Shown in pieces: positions 54,126 to 64,000 of a stretch of DNA of 64,000 nucleotides. The notes below the pieces were generated by a model. The model made no database searches and was not told the origin of the DNA. It saw nothing but the letters and a program-made list of their open reading frames with translations. The translations under genes were made by a program, and so were the position numbers. Source of the DNA: Oligoflexales bacterium (lineage in GTDB: Bacteria > Bdellovibrionota_B > Oligoflexia > Oligoflexales > JAPPIL01); assembly GCA_965215515.1 (NCBI GenBank), contig OZ244057.1:1792001-1856000 (forward strand). The letters run 5' to 3'. How positions within the stretch are numbered: position 1 is the stretch's first letter; every line of letters begins with the position of its first letter.

Positions 54126-56924
54126 TCACTGGCCTTGCCCATAGACCTGCAGAAAATTCTGGGCAGCGATCTGTTCTCGCAACGCGGGATCGTTTTTGCG
54201 GCACACATCCTCGAACTGGCAACCGCTACAAAAGGACGGGTCGATCGTGCTGTAAATGTCACCCACGCGACTGCGAAAAGCGAGCAAATCGTGCATCTTC
54301 TCTACCAACTCTTCCAGCCTACGGGTCTTTCTCTCGGTAACGTTAAAACGCGCCCGCAGAAAACTCGCCGTGATGTCCTCACCATGCGCAACAAGCATAA
54401 GCTCGCCGTTAAGAATGCTGTAGTAGCCCGTCACCATCTTGGCAAGACCCGCACCCTCATCGGCACGCCGTGCACAAGCTAGTGCGTAGGCATAGAAAGC
54501 TAACTGGAGTGCAATGCCCGCGTCGAGTTCCCTGTTTTCAGGCAAGCGTTTGCGTTTATAGTCGAGCAACAACACATGCTCGTCATCCTCGTGAATATGA
54601 TCGACTTTACAGTGCAACTCAGCCCGCCGCCCCTCGCTCCAAGATAACGCCGCAGGTAAGCGCAACTCGTATTCGTTCCACTCCCGATAAGACGCAGAAC
54701 GGGTTTTACGGCTGACAAACTCCGCCAAGCGCGGCCACGCAAACAAACGCAAATGCGTCGCAAGAGCACGGTCATTAAGCAAAGACGAAGCATGCGTCGC
54801 CGTGATGTCGTTGAGCAACTCACACAACTGAGCCACCCTGACGGAATCCTCCTGCGTGTCGCGACAGATACGTCGATAGACAGGATCACTGCTGAACTTC
54901 TCGATAACTCTATGCAGTCGATTGCCCTCCTCCTGCGGTGTGTCCTGCTCACGTACCTCGCACCCCACGATGCTAAGACGCGACAAGAAATGCCGCAGAG
55001 GACAACGCACGAAATTCTCGGCACTCGACGCAGAGACCGTGGCAAAAAAATCCCGCCTCGTCGTGACAGGCACGGCATCTAGAGGCACGGTGCACACGGA
55101 AGAAGCAGGCAACAGATCTGGCAAAGTTAAGCCCGTACAGTCCTGCTCCTTAAGGTGGTGTGTGCGGACAATTTTTTCGATAAAGCGCGAGCGTTCCGCC
55201 GTGCTACTACAATAGCTGCACGTAAGATGCAGGCGACGACCACACAGACCGTGGAAGGTGACATCCTCCATCGCTTCCAAATGTTGCCAGCCACTGAGCC
55301 CGATTGCAGTTTTTAGTTTGTCGCTGACGATAACATCGCGCGGTAAACTTTTGGGGAAAAAACCCTCGTGGCAGCCCACCACCAACACATGCTGAAAAGG
55401 CATCGCCCGCACTTCAGGCAAACTCAAAATCTGCACTCCCGCCAGCGGTTCGCCGATCTTGCGCAAAGGAAAAACCAACAACTTCTCACGGACGAACTGC
55501 CAAAACTCCGCGGGTACGCATTTCGTTGTAGCGCTCATGCCACTAGCAGCAAGACTACACAAAAATTCCTCCACCTGTGCGATGCTCCGCTGCTCAAAAT
55601 TTTCCCGTGTTGCCTGAGCCACAAAACCCAACTCGTGCAACAGTCCTCGCAGACATAGCAATTGTGTTCTCCACGATGCCGTGCGAAACCGCTGCACAAT
55701 ACGCTCGAAACGAGCGATCGCTTTGCCCGCGGGCGTGTCCACCCCCAGCAGTAACCGTAGTTTCCCTGGCCCGCGACAATGGATAGCACTCAAGGCAAGG
55801 ATAATGTCATCACGTTGCGAGTCCGCAACCGCAGCAAGAGGATGTGCGACAAGATCGAGGGCAGCAGGAACTTGGAACTCACTACAAGCGTAATTGCTCA
55901 ACGCCTGCAAGAAACCACCAACACTGGTCATCCGCAACGGAATGGGCACGGCGATGTTTTTAGCAAAACTAAAAAAATCAGCTACCGCCAACAGATGCGG
56001 CAGATAAAAAGCATCGCTGCTTAAGACGATGGCGATCTCCGCAGGACGCACACCCCCAGCCTGTAACAACTGCTGAGCTCGGTGCAAAGCGTAAGTAATC
56101 TCGACCTGTGGCGAAGCGAAATGCAAGATACCTATCGTCGCCTCCACGTGTGTCTCTGGCACGGGGGGGGGCTGCGGCACAGTTCTCCCCGCGCTACGAG
56201 CCACGCTTGTGAGCAATTCGGTCGCGGGGTTGCTGGGGTTAGTGGTCGTGATATGGTTGAAATAAAAGGTCACATGCGGCAGCACGGCAAGTTTTTGCAG
56301 AAAGACATCTACCGTCTTGCTAACACTGGTGAAGGCCGCGACGTAGAGGTGATCAAAATCACCTTCGCTCACCACCGCCGTGCGCAACGCTTGTCTACGT
56401 GCCACACTGCGGGTCATCTGGCCATCGTCTTGTAACTGGGCGTGGAGGGCAACAAACAACCGCTGCACCGCCGCGTACTTGTGGCGTTGTCGGACGATTT
56501 CGCCCTCGGCGAGCCACGGATTTTGTGCCAACTGTTGCTCGATACGAGCATGGAAATGCAGATGCAAGTCAGCGGCGATCACGTCGTCGTCCAACTGACG
56601 CAGCTCATGCGCAAAAGCAGGATGTAGGTGTTCATAATCGCCGTGGGTCAGCTGCATCTGCAACATTTGCTCGACCTGCAGTTCCGTGACCGTCGGTCGT
56701 TCCGTGCCCTGTAGCCGCGCCACAAACCCATCCAACGTGGTCAGCAGCGGAGGCTCGTAGGCAGTATGTCGTTCAGCCAAGGCGGCCAAACAAAAGGTGA
56801 CGAGACGGCGCGTCGGCAGAATTACCGCACTGCGTGCCAGCACGGTGCGGTCGAGAGCCGCAAGGTCGCGACACAGGCGGTTAATGATACACTGGTTGGC
56901 GGGCAGCACAACGAGTTCATACAT
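54126..56924 (-). CDS. AddB/RexB-like PD-(D/E)XK nuclease
   Basis: ILPTRR, GVQILSLPEVR, SASS..RCPL, KVDHI..LLDYK, CSGCQFEDVC Fe-S staple; ATG 56924 after GAGGAGG. Confidence 0.85.
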   Translation of the reverse strand: MYELVVLPANQCIINRLCRDLAALDRTVLARSAVILPTRRLVTFCLAALAERHTAYEPPLLTTLDGFVARLQGTERPTVTELQVEQMLQMQLTHGDYEHLHPAFAHELRQLDDDVIAADLHLHFHARIEQQLAQNPWLAEGEIVRQRHKYAAVQRLFVALHAQLQDDGQMTRSVARRQALRTAVVSEGDFDHLYVAAFTSVSKTVDVFLQKLAVLPHVTFYFNHITTTNPSNPATELLTSVARSAGRTVPQPPPVPETHVEATIGILHFASPQVEITYALHRAQQLLQAGGVRPAEIAIVLSSDAFYLPHLLAVADFFSFAKNIAVPIPLRMTSVGGFLQALSNYACSEFQVPAALDLVAHPLAAVADSQRDDIILALSAIHCRGPGKLRLLLGVDTPAGKAIARFERIVQRFRTASWRTQLLCLRGLLHELGFVAQATRENFEQRSIAQVEEFLCSLAASGMSATTKCVPAEFWQFVREKLLVFPLRKIGEPLAGVQILSLPEVRAMPFQHVLVVGCHEGFFPKSLPRDVIVSDKLKTAIGLSGWQHLEAMEDVTFHGLCGRRLHLTCSYCSSTAERSRFIEKIVRTHHLKEQDCTGLTLPDLLPASSVCTVPLDAVPVTTRRDFFATVSASSAENFVRCPLRHFLSRLSIVGCEVREQDTPQEEGNRLHRVIEKFSSDPVYRRICRDTQEDSVRVAQLCELLNDITATHASSLLNDRALATHLRLFAWPRLAEFVSRKTRSASYREWNEYELRLPAALSWSEGRRAELHCKVDHIHEDDEHVLLLDYKRKRLPENRELDAGIALQLAFYAYALACARRADEGAGLAKMVTGYYSILNGELMLVAHGEDITASFLRARFNVTERKTRRLEELVEKMHDLLAFRSRVGDIYSTIDPSFCSGCQFEDVCRKNDPALREQIAAQNFLQVYGQGQ

Positions 56925-56934
56925 CTCGCCTCCT

Positions 56935-58509
56935 CTACAAGATGAGAAACACCACGGCCACAATGGCGGTCGGCAGCAACGCACCGAGCAACAGACCGAA
57001 AGGAGAGATACCGTTGTTGAAATAGTTGTTGAGTAACGACTGCCCCGCAGGGTTCGGAGCATTGGCGATAACGGTCAACCCGCCCCCCGCAACCGCGCCT
57101 GCTACTACGGCGTACTTAAGTTGGGGAGCGAGATCAGGCACAAGGGTGGCAAGGTAGGTGATCGCCGCATTGTCGTTGAAGGCAGTCAAAATCATCGCCC
57201 CGCAAAAAAGTGGCACGCGCGACAACCCTTCCAACACAGGAGCAAGCCACCAACCTTGCAAACCACCGTGCACCACCAACCCACCGAGAAAAAACCCCAC
57301 CAACAAAGGGTTTTTAACTTTGAGCGGCTGTTGATGGGCACGGGTCGCTTGATAAAAGGCAAAGAAAAACAAAAACGTACCCACAAACAAAGGCGGATAA
57401 TGCGCGTTGCTGACCGTCCACAACATAAACAGGATATGCACACAGATGATCCAAGACGGAATAGGCTCGTCCTCCACATCACTGTGCGGGCTAGACGGTG
57501 TCTGCAATTGCTTGAACTGCCGCCAAAAAACTAGTGCCCCACAAGTGTTCGCGATCACGATGCCGACCAGTGCCTTCCAGCCGAAATGCGTAGCCATAAA
57601 CAGCGTGTCCCATTGCCAGGCTTTCGCTACCATCAACACAGGAGGGGCGGCAAAGTTAGTGAACGTCCCCCCCACCGAGACGTTGACAAACAAAAGACCC
57701 AGTGTCGCATAGGAGAGCAGTAGAGAAGGTTTACGGCGGTAAAAATATCTTGCCAGCAACAAAGCGCAGATAGTCATCGCGGCAGGCTCGGTGATAAACG
57801 ACCCGAGCAGCGGCCCTACCGTTAACACTACATACCAAAAGGACAGCGGCGAACCACCGAACAGTCGTGCGATAGAGTGCATTATTTTTTCAGAAAAAAA
57901 CAAGATAGGCTTGGTAGAGGCGATCGTCATGATAACGACCACGAAGATCGGCTCGACGTACGACACCTTTTGCGTCAGGTAGGTGACGGTATCGTGCCAA
58001 CCGATGTTGAGACCGAGTACTGCAAGTAGGGCAAGTACCCAGATACCGAAGACCGCTTCAACCTCGCCGAGAAGATGAAACATTTCCGCCCAAAACGGCA
58101 TATCAGTTTTGCGAAAATTGGAAGGATGCCACGGGTCGTCGTTTTTTTCCGCATCGTAGCGTCGTCGGCGGCGCAAAATGTGAAGGGGTAGGGTATCGCC
58201 GCGTCGCAACTGCGAGTTGCTGCGTTGCTCGCTGCTTCCTCGTCGCCGTCGCTGCATGACGATGTGGTGGTAGCCTGCGTTGCGAATTCGTATTGAAATG
58301 AGCATGAAGTTTTTACTACAGAAGGTGTGCAGAATTGCACCCAGGAATATCAGCGACACCCATAAATTCAGAGGCTCAACGGCAATACGTTGCTGAAGGC
58401 GAGCGAACAGCGATAGATGTGTATCCTGGTAGTAGTCCAACGCCAGAGGAAAGGCCGAGACCTCTCCCGCCAGCAACAGCAACAGTGTAACACCGAACAA
58501 CATCGCCAT
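56935..58509 (-). CDS. putative Na+/H+ antiporter (DUF1504 family)
   Basis: LLGEVEAVFG, GSFITEPAAMT, NVSVGGTFTNFAAPP, DNAAITYL, GGGLTVIANAPNPAG. Confidence 0.88.
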   Translation of the reverse strand: MAMLFGVTLLLLLAGEVSAFPLALDYYQDTHLSLFARLQQRIAVEPLNLWVSLIFLGAILHTFCSKNFMLISIRIRNAGYHHIVMQRRRRGSSEQRSNSQLRRGDTLPLHILRRRRRYDAEKNDDPWHPSNFRKTDMPFWAEMFHLLGEVEAVFGIWVLALLAVLGLNIGWHDTVTYLTQKVSYVEPIFVVVIMTIASTKPILFFSEKIMHSIARLFGGSPLSFWYVVLTVGPLLGSFITEPAAMTICALLLARYFYRRKPSLLLSYATLGLLFVNVSVGGTFTNFAAPPVLMVAKAWQWDTLFMATHFGWKALVGIVIANTCGALVFWRQFKQLQTPSSPHSDVEDEPIPSWIICVHILFMLWTVSNAHYPPLFVGTFLFFFAFYQATRAHQQPLKVKNPLLVGFFLGGLVVHGGLQGWWLAPVLEGLSRVPLFCGAMILTAFNDNAAITYLATLVPDLAPQLKYAVVAGAVAGGGLTVIANAPNPAGQSLLNNYFNNGISPFGLLLGALLPTAIVAVVFLIL

Positions 58510-58686
58510 CTCCGCAGGGAGGGAATTCTAGCAGTCTTCACAGCACGCGGCAATGGCATTTGTCCCGCTTCTGTACTCGGCACGCACACGCACCAAGCAC
58601 ACATGCGATATTTGCTTGTCACCACGACGCAGAGACAGCTAATCTGCTAAAATATCCCCAGAGCAAAACTTAGCGCACCGTCAAAC

Positions 58687-59640
58687 ATGCTGCACTCCGT
58701 AAACGCCTTCATCCTCGCCGCTGGCTACGGCAGTCGTCTACACCCCTTGACCACCACCACCCCTAAACCACTGCTACCCTGCATGGGCGTGCCGCTTATC
58801 GATATCACCCTACAACAACTGCAACGACACGGGGTGCGACATACCTACGTTAACACTCACCACCTCCCCGCGCAGTTCGCTTACCTGTCCCCTCTGCCAC
58901 AAGTCACCCTGTTGCACGAACCAACCCTGCTCGGCTCAGCGGGTTTTGTCCGTAACCTCCCGCGACGCGACCGCGACCTCATCGTTTACAACGGCGATAT
59001 TCTCAGCACACTAGATTTTACCGCCCTCTACCAGACACATCGTGCCCACCGAGCTATCGCTACCCTCGCTCTGCTACCCACCGCCCTACCCTTCACCCAG
59101 CCTGTCTACGTCCGTGACAGATACCTCGTCGCCTGCAACGCACCGACGTGTTCAGAACACACCAGCGCCCACACTTTCGCCTGCGCACAAGTATGGAGTG
59201 CCGAATTCCTGCACCTGATCGTCACACACAACTTCACCCACAGCAAAGATGCCTGGCAATACGCGCTCGACCACCACCACCCCATCGCAACATTTCTGCA
59301 CCACGACCTGTGGTACGACATCGGCACCCCCGCAAATTTTTTCAGGGCACACCAAGCACTGCACCGCAAACTACAACACGACCCCGACTTCCTCCACCTA
59401 GCCACCCTGCTGGATGAAGAACTGCACCTGCACGCCGAGCACGTTATCGTCGGAACACCCTATATAGAAAAAAACTGCCAGATCGGGACACAGACCTTCA
59501 TCACCAGCAGTCACGCAGCTGTCCACGCCCCCGCGCAACTCGACCACTGTATCGTCATGCGCGATGCGAGCGTGCACGGCTCACACAGCCACACCCTGTT
59601 GCTCGGCAAACACACCCTCCCCACAAACCATCCCGCGTGA
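58687..59640 (+). CDS. sugar-phosphate nucleotidyltransferase (MurU/NTP-transferase family)
   Basis: ILAAGYGSRLHPLT..PKPL, VNTHH, EPTLLGSAG, YNGD, WYDIGTP. Confidence 0.88.
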   Translation: MLHSVNAFILAAGYGSRLHPLTTTTPKPLLPCMGVPLIDITLQQLQRHGVRHTYVNTHHLPAQFAYLSPLPQVTLLHEPTLLGSAGFVRNLPRRDRDLIVYNGDILSTLDFTALYQTHRAHRAIATLALLPTALPFTQPVYVRDRYLVACNAPTCSEHTSAHTFACAQVWSAEFLHLIVTHNFTHSKDAWQYALDHHHPIATFLHHDLWYDIGTPANFFRAHQALHRKLQHDPDFLHLATLLDEELHLHAEHVIVGTPYIEKNCQIGTQTFITSSHAAVHAPAQLDHCIVMRDASVHGSHSHTLLLGKHTLPTNHPA

Positions 59641-59701
59641 GGGGCATAGGTTGTCTTCCCTACTTGCGTTAATTTTTTCTGGCCGTGTACTTCCCACTCG
59701 C

Positions 59702-60163
59702 CTACCGCAGAGCCAACAAATTACCCAGCGGTGCAGGCACACCTTGCACCCCGCCACGGCGCGCACATTCAAGATCGCTCTCTTTGTCTCCGACGAAATA
59801 ACTACCTGCAGCATCGATATGAAAATCCTGCATAGCGCGTACCAACAACTGCGTCGCGGGTTTGCGACAAGCACAGGCATCCGCCGCCACATGCGGGCAG
59901 TAGTAAAAAGCATCGAGCTGTACCCCCGCGGGTGCGAGCAGTGCCTGCAACGTGCGGTGGGCGGCAAAAACATCGCTATGCCCATAATAACCACGTCCCA
60001 CGCCTGACTGATTGGTAATGACAATCAGGAGGTAACCGCGCCGTTTTAATTCGTACAACTGTGCACCGACACCCTCGAGCAACACGATGTCAGCACGGCG
60101 ATAGACGTAGCCGCGCTCGGCGATCAATACACCATCACGATCGAGAAAGACGGCGGTGTTCAC
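59702..60163 (-). CDS. gmhB: D-glycero-D-manno-heptose 1,7-bisphosphate phosphatase
   Basis: FLDRDGVL, ITNQSG, YCPH...CACRKP, VGDKESD; GTG start overlapping upstream stop. Confidence 0.92.
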   Translation of the reverse strand: MNTAVFLDRDGVLIAERGYVYRRADIVLLEGVGAQLYELKRRGYLLIVITNQSGVGRGYYGHSDVFAAHRTLQALLAPAGVQLDAFYYCPHVAADACACRKPATQLLVRAMQDFHIDAAGSYFVGDKESDLECARRGGVQGVPAPLGNLLALR

Positions 60164-60414
60164 GATGCGTCTGGCGTACCGTTCACCGCACGGTAGATGC
60201 GTGCCCACAGAGCGCGATCTTTGCGTAGCCAAGCCGCGAAGAGCTTGCGGGCGGGACGGTTAACCAGTGCCTCGTTGCGAAAATAAGCGGCAAACTCACT
60301 ACGCTCGCTCCGTTTACGCAACTCGGCAACGTGCTCGGCCAGCACGTACAACTCCGCAGGCCCCGCGCGCAAGATAAGGTTTTGTTCGTAAAAGTCGATC
60401 GTAACTTTGAACAC
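60160..60414 (-). CDS. small hypothetical protein
   Basis: 84-aa ORF tightly coupled between hppA and gmhB. Confidence 0.65.
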   Translation of the reverse strand: MFKVTIDFYEQNLILRAGPAELYVLAEHVAELRKRSERSEFAAYFRNEALVNRPARKLFAAWLRKDRALWARIYRAVNGTPDAS

Positions 60415-60417
60415 GAG

Positions 60418-62484
60418 CTATCCGCCCCACAAATTCAACAAGGCCTGATGCGCTTTGCTCAAAAACGGCGCAAACACCAAACTGGTAATGGCCATCAGCT
60501 TCATCAGGATGTTGAGCGAGGGGCCCGAAGTGTCTTTGAAAGGGTCTCCCACCGTATCGCCGACCACGGCAGCCTTGTGTGCCCCCGTGCCTTTGCCTCC
60601 ATGTGCACCTGCCTCGATGTACTTTTTGGCGTTGTCCCAGCCGCCGCCTGCATTGGCAGCTGAAATCGCCAACACTACTCCGCTGACCAACGCCCCCGCC
60701 AGCAACCCCGCCAACGCTTCCACCCCGAACAACGCGCCGAAAATAAGCGGGGTGAACATAACAAGAAAACCAGGCGCAATCATTAAACGTAGCGCCGATG
60801 TCGTCGCGATAGCCACACAACTGCGATGGTCAGGTTCTTCCGTGCCGCCGAGAATGCCAGGTTTTTCCCGAAACTGTCGCCGCACCTCCTCGATCATCGC
60901 ATAGGCCGCTTGCCCTACCGCCCGCAGAGTTTGTGCCGTGAACAGAAACGGCAACACACCACCGCAGATCAATCCCGCGAACACCAGCGGCGATAACAGA
61001 TCGAGAGCGCTGATATCCGCCACCGTCAAGAATGCCCCGAACAACGCTAGAGCGGTCAACACCGCCGAGCCGATAGCGAAGCCTTTACCGATAGCGGCGG
61101 TGGTGTTGCCCGCCGCATCGAGCGTATCGGTACGCCTCCGCACTTCCGCTCCTAACTCGCCCATCTCGGCAATGCCCCCCGCATTGTCAGCCACAGGGCC
61201 GTAAGCGTCGATGGTCAAGCCGATGGCAATGGTGGAAATCATGCCGATGGCCGCGATAGCAACCCCGTACATGCCCGCCAACGTCCAAGCCATATAAATC
61301 ACCACGGCAATAGCGACGACGGGCACCACCGCGGACTTGTAGCCGAGACTCAGTCCGTAGATAATGTTGGTCGCCGCCCCCGTGTTCGAAGCTTCTGCCA
61401 CCTCCCGCACGGGTTTGTAGGCGTGCGAAGTGTAGTACTCCGTCACCGTGCCGATCAGCAGACCCGCCCATAACCCCGCCAGCAGCGATATCAGTACGGC
61501 GTTGGGCGTGACCACCTGTCCCGCGAGGGGGAACTCCACCATCACCAACTTGGTGACGACAGTCATGGCAACGGACATGATGAGGGTGGAAATGAACAAC
61601 TGTTGTTTGAGGGTCGGTTCCACGCTGGTGGCATCGGCCTTGACCTGAGCAAAGTACAGCGTCACCAAACAGACAGGGATACCCACCGCGGTGATCAGCA
61701 CAGGATAGTAGAGGACACCCCAGCCTTGTGCGATCGTCGCCACGCTTGCCCCGATGACGAGCGCAGCGCAGGTTGCCTCGGCACACGAGCCAAACAAATC
61801 CGCTCCCATCCCCGCGATGTCGCCGACGTTATCACCGACATTATCGGCTATGACGGCGGGATTGCGCGGGTCGTCCTCAGGAATGCCACTCTCCACCTTG
61901 CCCACTAAATCCGCCCCTACATCCGCAGCTTTGGTGTAAATACCACCGCCGACGCGACCGAACAAAGCCACCGTCGAGCCACCTAACCCGAAACCAGAAA
62001 CGATCTCCATCACCAGTCGAGGGTCGTCGAAGAAAAGGCTGAAAACGAGTGCGGTGGTCACGAGACCGAGTACCGCTAAGCCTGTCAGGCCAAATCCCAT
62101 CACCGCACCAGAGTTAAACGCCACGCGAAATGCCGCCGCCAGACTTGTCTGTGCTCGCAGTGTCGTGCGCACGTTACCCTTCACGGCAATCTTCATTCCC
62201 AGAAAAGCGCACAAGCTCGACACCGATGCCCCGACGAGGAAAGCGATGGCTGTCTGTACCCCGTGCGGGATAGTCAGGGCGATCAAAACGGCAAAACACA
62301 GGGCGAACAGGGTTACATACTTGTATTCCTGCAAGAGAAACGCCATCGCCCCCTGTTCGATAGCACGGGAAATTTTGGCCAGTTTGCTGTCGGCCACGGT
62401 GATGGCTAAAACTTTGCGGGTGAAGATAAACGCGACACCCAAGGCCAGCAAACCGAAGAGGTAGATTAAGATTAGAACTGCCAT
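60418..62484 (-). CDS. hppA: membrane-bound ion-translocating pyrophosphatase (K+-dependent type)
   Basis: [52 protein letters not shown]. Confidence 0.97.
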   Translation of the reverse strand: MAVLILIYLFGLLALGVAFIFTRKVLAITVADSKLAKISRAIEQGAMAFLLQEYKYVTLFALCFAVLIALTIPHGVQTAIAFLVGASVSSLCAFLGMKIAVKGNVRTTLRAQTSLAAAFRVAFNSGAVMGFGLTGLAVLGLVTTALVFSLFFDDPRLVMEIVSGFGLGGSTVALFGRVGGGIYTKAADVGADLVGKVESGIPEDDPRNPAVIADNVGDNVGDIAGMGADLFGSCAEATCAALVIGASVATIAQGWGVLYYPVLITAVGIPVCLVTLYFAQVKADATSVEPTLKQQLFISTLIMSVAMTVVTKLVMVEFPLAGQVVTPNAVLISLLAGLWAGLLIGTVTEYYTSHAYKPVREVAEASNTGAATNIIYGLSLGYKSAVVPVVAIAVVIYMAWTLAGMYGVAIAAIGMISTIAIGLTIDAYGPVADNAGGIAEMGELGAEVRRRTDTLDAAGNTTAAIGKGFAIGSAVLTALALFGAFLTVADISALDLLSPLVFAGLICGGVLPFLFTAQTLRAVGQAAYAMIEEVRRQFREKPGILGGTEEPDHRSCVAIATTSALRLMIAPGFLVMFTPLIFGALFGVEALAGLLAGALVSGVVLAISAANAGGGWDNAKKYIEAGAHGGKGTGAHKAAVVGDTVGDPFKDTSGPSLNILMKLMAITSLVFAPFLSKAHQALLNLWGG

Positions 62485-62519
62485 GTTCGTTCCTTACGTG
62501 GGATCACCGACGACACACT

Positions 62520-63851
62520 TCAATAGCGATAAAAATCCGCTTTGTAGGGCCCCTCGATGGCTAGGTTGAGATATTCAGCCTGTGCTGCGGTCAGCTCGGT
62601 CAACTCAACCCCGAGTTGGGTGAGATGCAGTCGTGCGGTCTTTTCGTCCAGGGTCTTGGGCAAGACATGCACGCCCGCAGGTAACTGCTGCTGCCATAGA
62701 GTAAGCTGTGCCAGCACTTGACTGGAGAAGGAGGTGGACATAACGAAACTCGAATGACCTGTGGCACAACCGAGATTAACCAGCCTCCCGCTGGCCAGTA
62801 CCAGCAAGGCACGCCCGTCGGCGTGGAGATATTTGTCAACCCGTGGTTTGATGTTGATTTTGGTGATGTCGGGTTGTTCTTCGAGCCAAGCGATGTCGAT
62901 TTCGGCATCGAAGTGCCCGATGTTGCACAAGATGGCATGGTCTTTCATTCGCACAAAGTGTGCGCGCGTGATGACATCGCAACAGCCTGTAGCCGTAACA
63001 AATATATCGCCGCGAGGCGCGGCCTGTGCCATGGTTACGACTTGGTAACCCTCCATCGCCGCTTGTAAGGCGCAGATGGGATCGATTTCGGTGACCAGTA
63101 CCCGTGCCCCGAGGGCACGCAGCGACTGGGCGCAGCCTTTCCCGACATCACCGTAACCACAGACAACCGCTACCTTGCCTGCAATCATGACATCGGTGGC
63201 ACGTTTGATTCCATCGACAAGCGATTCGCGACAGCCGTAGAGGTTGTCGAATTTCGATTTGATCGCGGCGTTGTTGACATTGATGACGGGAACGGGCAGT
63301 TCGCCGACTGCGGCCATCTGGTAGAGACGATTCACCCCTGTGGTCGTTTCTTCGGAAATTCCCTTAATTCCCTTAAGCAGTTGCGGGTGCTGTTTAAAAA
63401 CCATCTCGGTTAGGTCACCGCCATCGTCGAGAATCAAGTTGAGGGGCTGCTCGTCGTCAAACATCAGAGTCTGTGCAACGCACCACCAGTATTCGTCTTC
63501 GCTTTCGCCTTGCCAGGCGAAGACAGGGACACCGCTGGCTGCGAGCGCGGCCGCGGCATGGTCTTGCGTCGAAAAAATGTTGCAGCTCGACCAGCGCACC
63601 TGTGCGCCGAGGGCGATCAAGGTTTCGATCAGCACTGCGGTCTGCACCGTCATGTGCAGACAGCCTGCGATCCGCGCCCCGCGCAGCGGTTGCTGCTCAC
63701 GGTACTCGGCACGCAGAGCCATCAGGCCTGGCATCTCCCGTTCCGCGATGACGATCTCCTTGCGTCCGAAATCGGCGAGGCCGATGTCGGCTACCTTGTA
63801 ATCCCGCCGTTGCGTTTGTCGTTTGTCGGTCTGGTGTTGAATGTTGGGCAT
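62520..63851 (-). CDS. ahcY: adenosylhomocysteinase
   Basis: [54 protein letters not shown] 63851 preferred. Confidence 0.98.
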   Translation of the reverse strand: MPNIQHQTDKRQTQRRDYKVADIGLADFGRKEIVIAEREMPGLMALRAEYREQQPLRGARIAGCLHMTVQTAVLIETLIALGAQVRWSSCNIFSTQDHAAAALAASGVPVFAWQGESEDEYWWCVAQTLMFDDEQPLNLILDDGGDLTEMVFKQHPQLLKGIKGISEETTTGVNRLYQMAAVGELPVPVINVNNAAIKSKFDNLYGCRESLVDGIKRATDVMIAGKVAVVCGYGDVGKGCAQSLRALGARVLVTEIDPICALQAAMEGYQVVTMAQAAPRGDIFVTATGCCDVITRAHFVRMKDHAILCNIGHFDAEIDIAWLEEQPDITKINIKPRVDKYLHADGRALLVLASGRLVNLGCATGHSSFVMSTSFSSQVLAQLTLWQQQLPAGVHVLPKTLDEKTARLHLTQLGVELTELTAAQAEYLNLAIEGPYKADFYRY

Positions 63852-64000
63852 GTGCAGCAACCTCTTGAATTTTCCCCGCTCAGGTATCATAGTGGTTTTT
63901 TCTGCGGAGGGGAAGGGCGCTTTGTCTGACTTGATGCACAAAATCGTCTCGTTGTGCAAACGCCGTGGGTTTATTTTCCAGAGTAGTGAGATCTACGGTG

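Noticed and set aside
56925..57062. N-terminal extension of the AddB-like ORF
   Set aside because: Overlaps the antiporter C-terminus; strong RBS precedes ATG 56924
32..63929. Numerous 60-260 aa antisense or alternate-frame ORFs in the track (e.g. 909-1697, 23417-24094, 28733-29443, 45421-46122)
   Set aside because: They shadow well-supported genes in GC-rich DNA and show no motifs or convincing RBS
1..64000. CRISPR array, rRNA, prophage or integron
   Set aside because: No regularly spaced direct repeats, cas genes, rRNA-like sequence, phage genes or integrase seen
63852..64000. SAH riboswitch upstream of ahcY
   Set aside because: The conserved GAGGAGCG...CAGGCUC...AACG(G/A)CGCUC core is not recognisable; the 36-aa N-terminal extension in the ORF track is probably not translated

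Overview
Chromosomal window from a Gram-negative bacterium. The gene mix (TPR/lipoprotein-rich hypotheticals, FHA-HD-GYP, REC-PilZ, DUF547, NfeD, SWIM-SNF2, hppA, ahcY, sigma28/sigma54-like promoters) suggests Bdellovibrionota/Oligoflexia-like ancestry, which is inference only. About 55 CDS, mostly housekeeping (dusB, rplT, rpmI, suhB, lepA, thiI, glpG, tsaC, rng, uvrC, uvrB, rplU, nnr, rpoZ, addB-like, gmhB, hppA, ahcY), plus one tRNA-Leu(TAG). I found no CRISPR array, rRNA, prophage or intact transposase. The main unannotated signals are: (1) three sigma28/FliA-type promoters with identical 8-11-8 geometry in front of non-flagellar genes (a TPR pair, an FHA-GAF-HD-GYP phosphodiesterase, and a 1.2-kaa lipoprotein that looks like a catalytically dead M30-type metalloprotease); (2) heavily deleted IS relics (IS3 end, 274-bp IS5 derivative, IS1634 pieces) in the larger intergenic gaps, with flips in strand compositional skew and many broken canonical operons; (3) a promoter-driven, hairpin-rich ~150-nt transcript or leaderless 50-codon ORF at 49.5-49.7 kb; (4) an FNR-like gene that seems to start at ATC; (5) a fused FecCD/BtuC permease-ATPase. 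All family calls come from motif recognition by eye; no database search was run.
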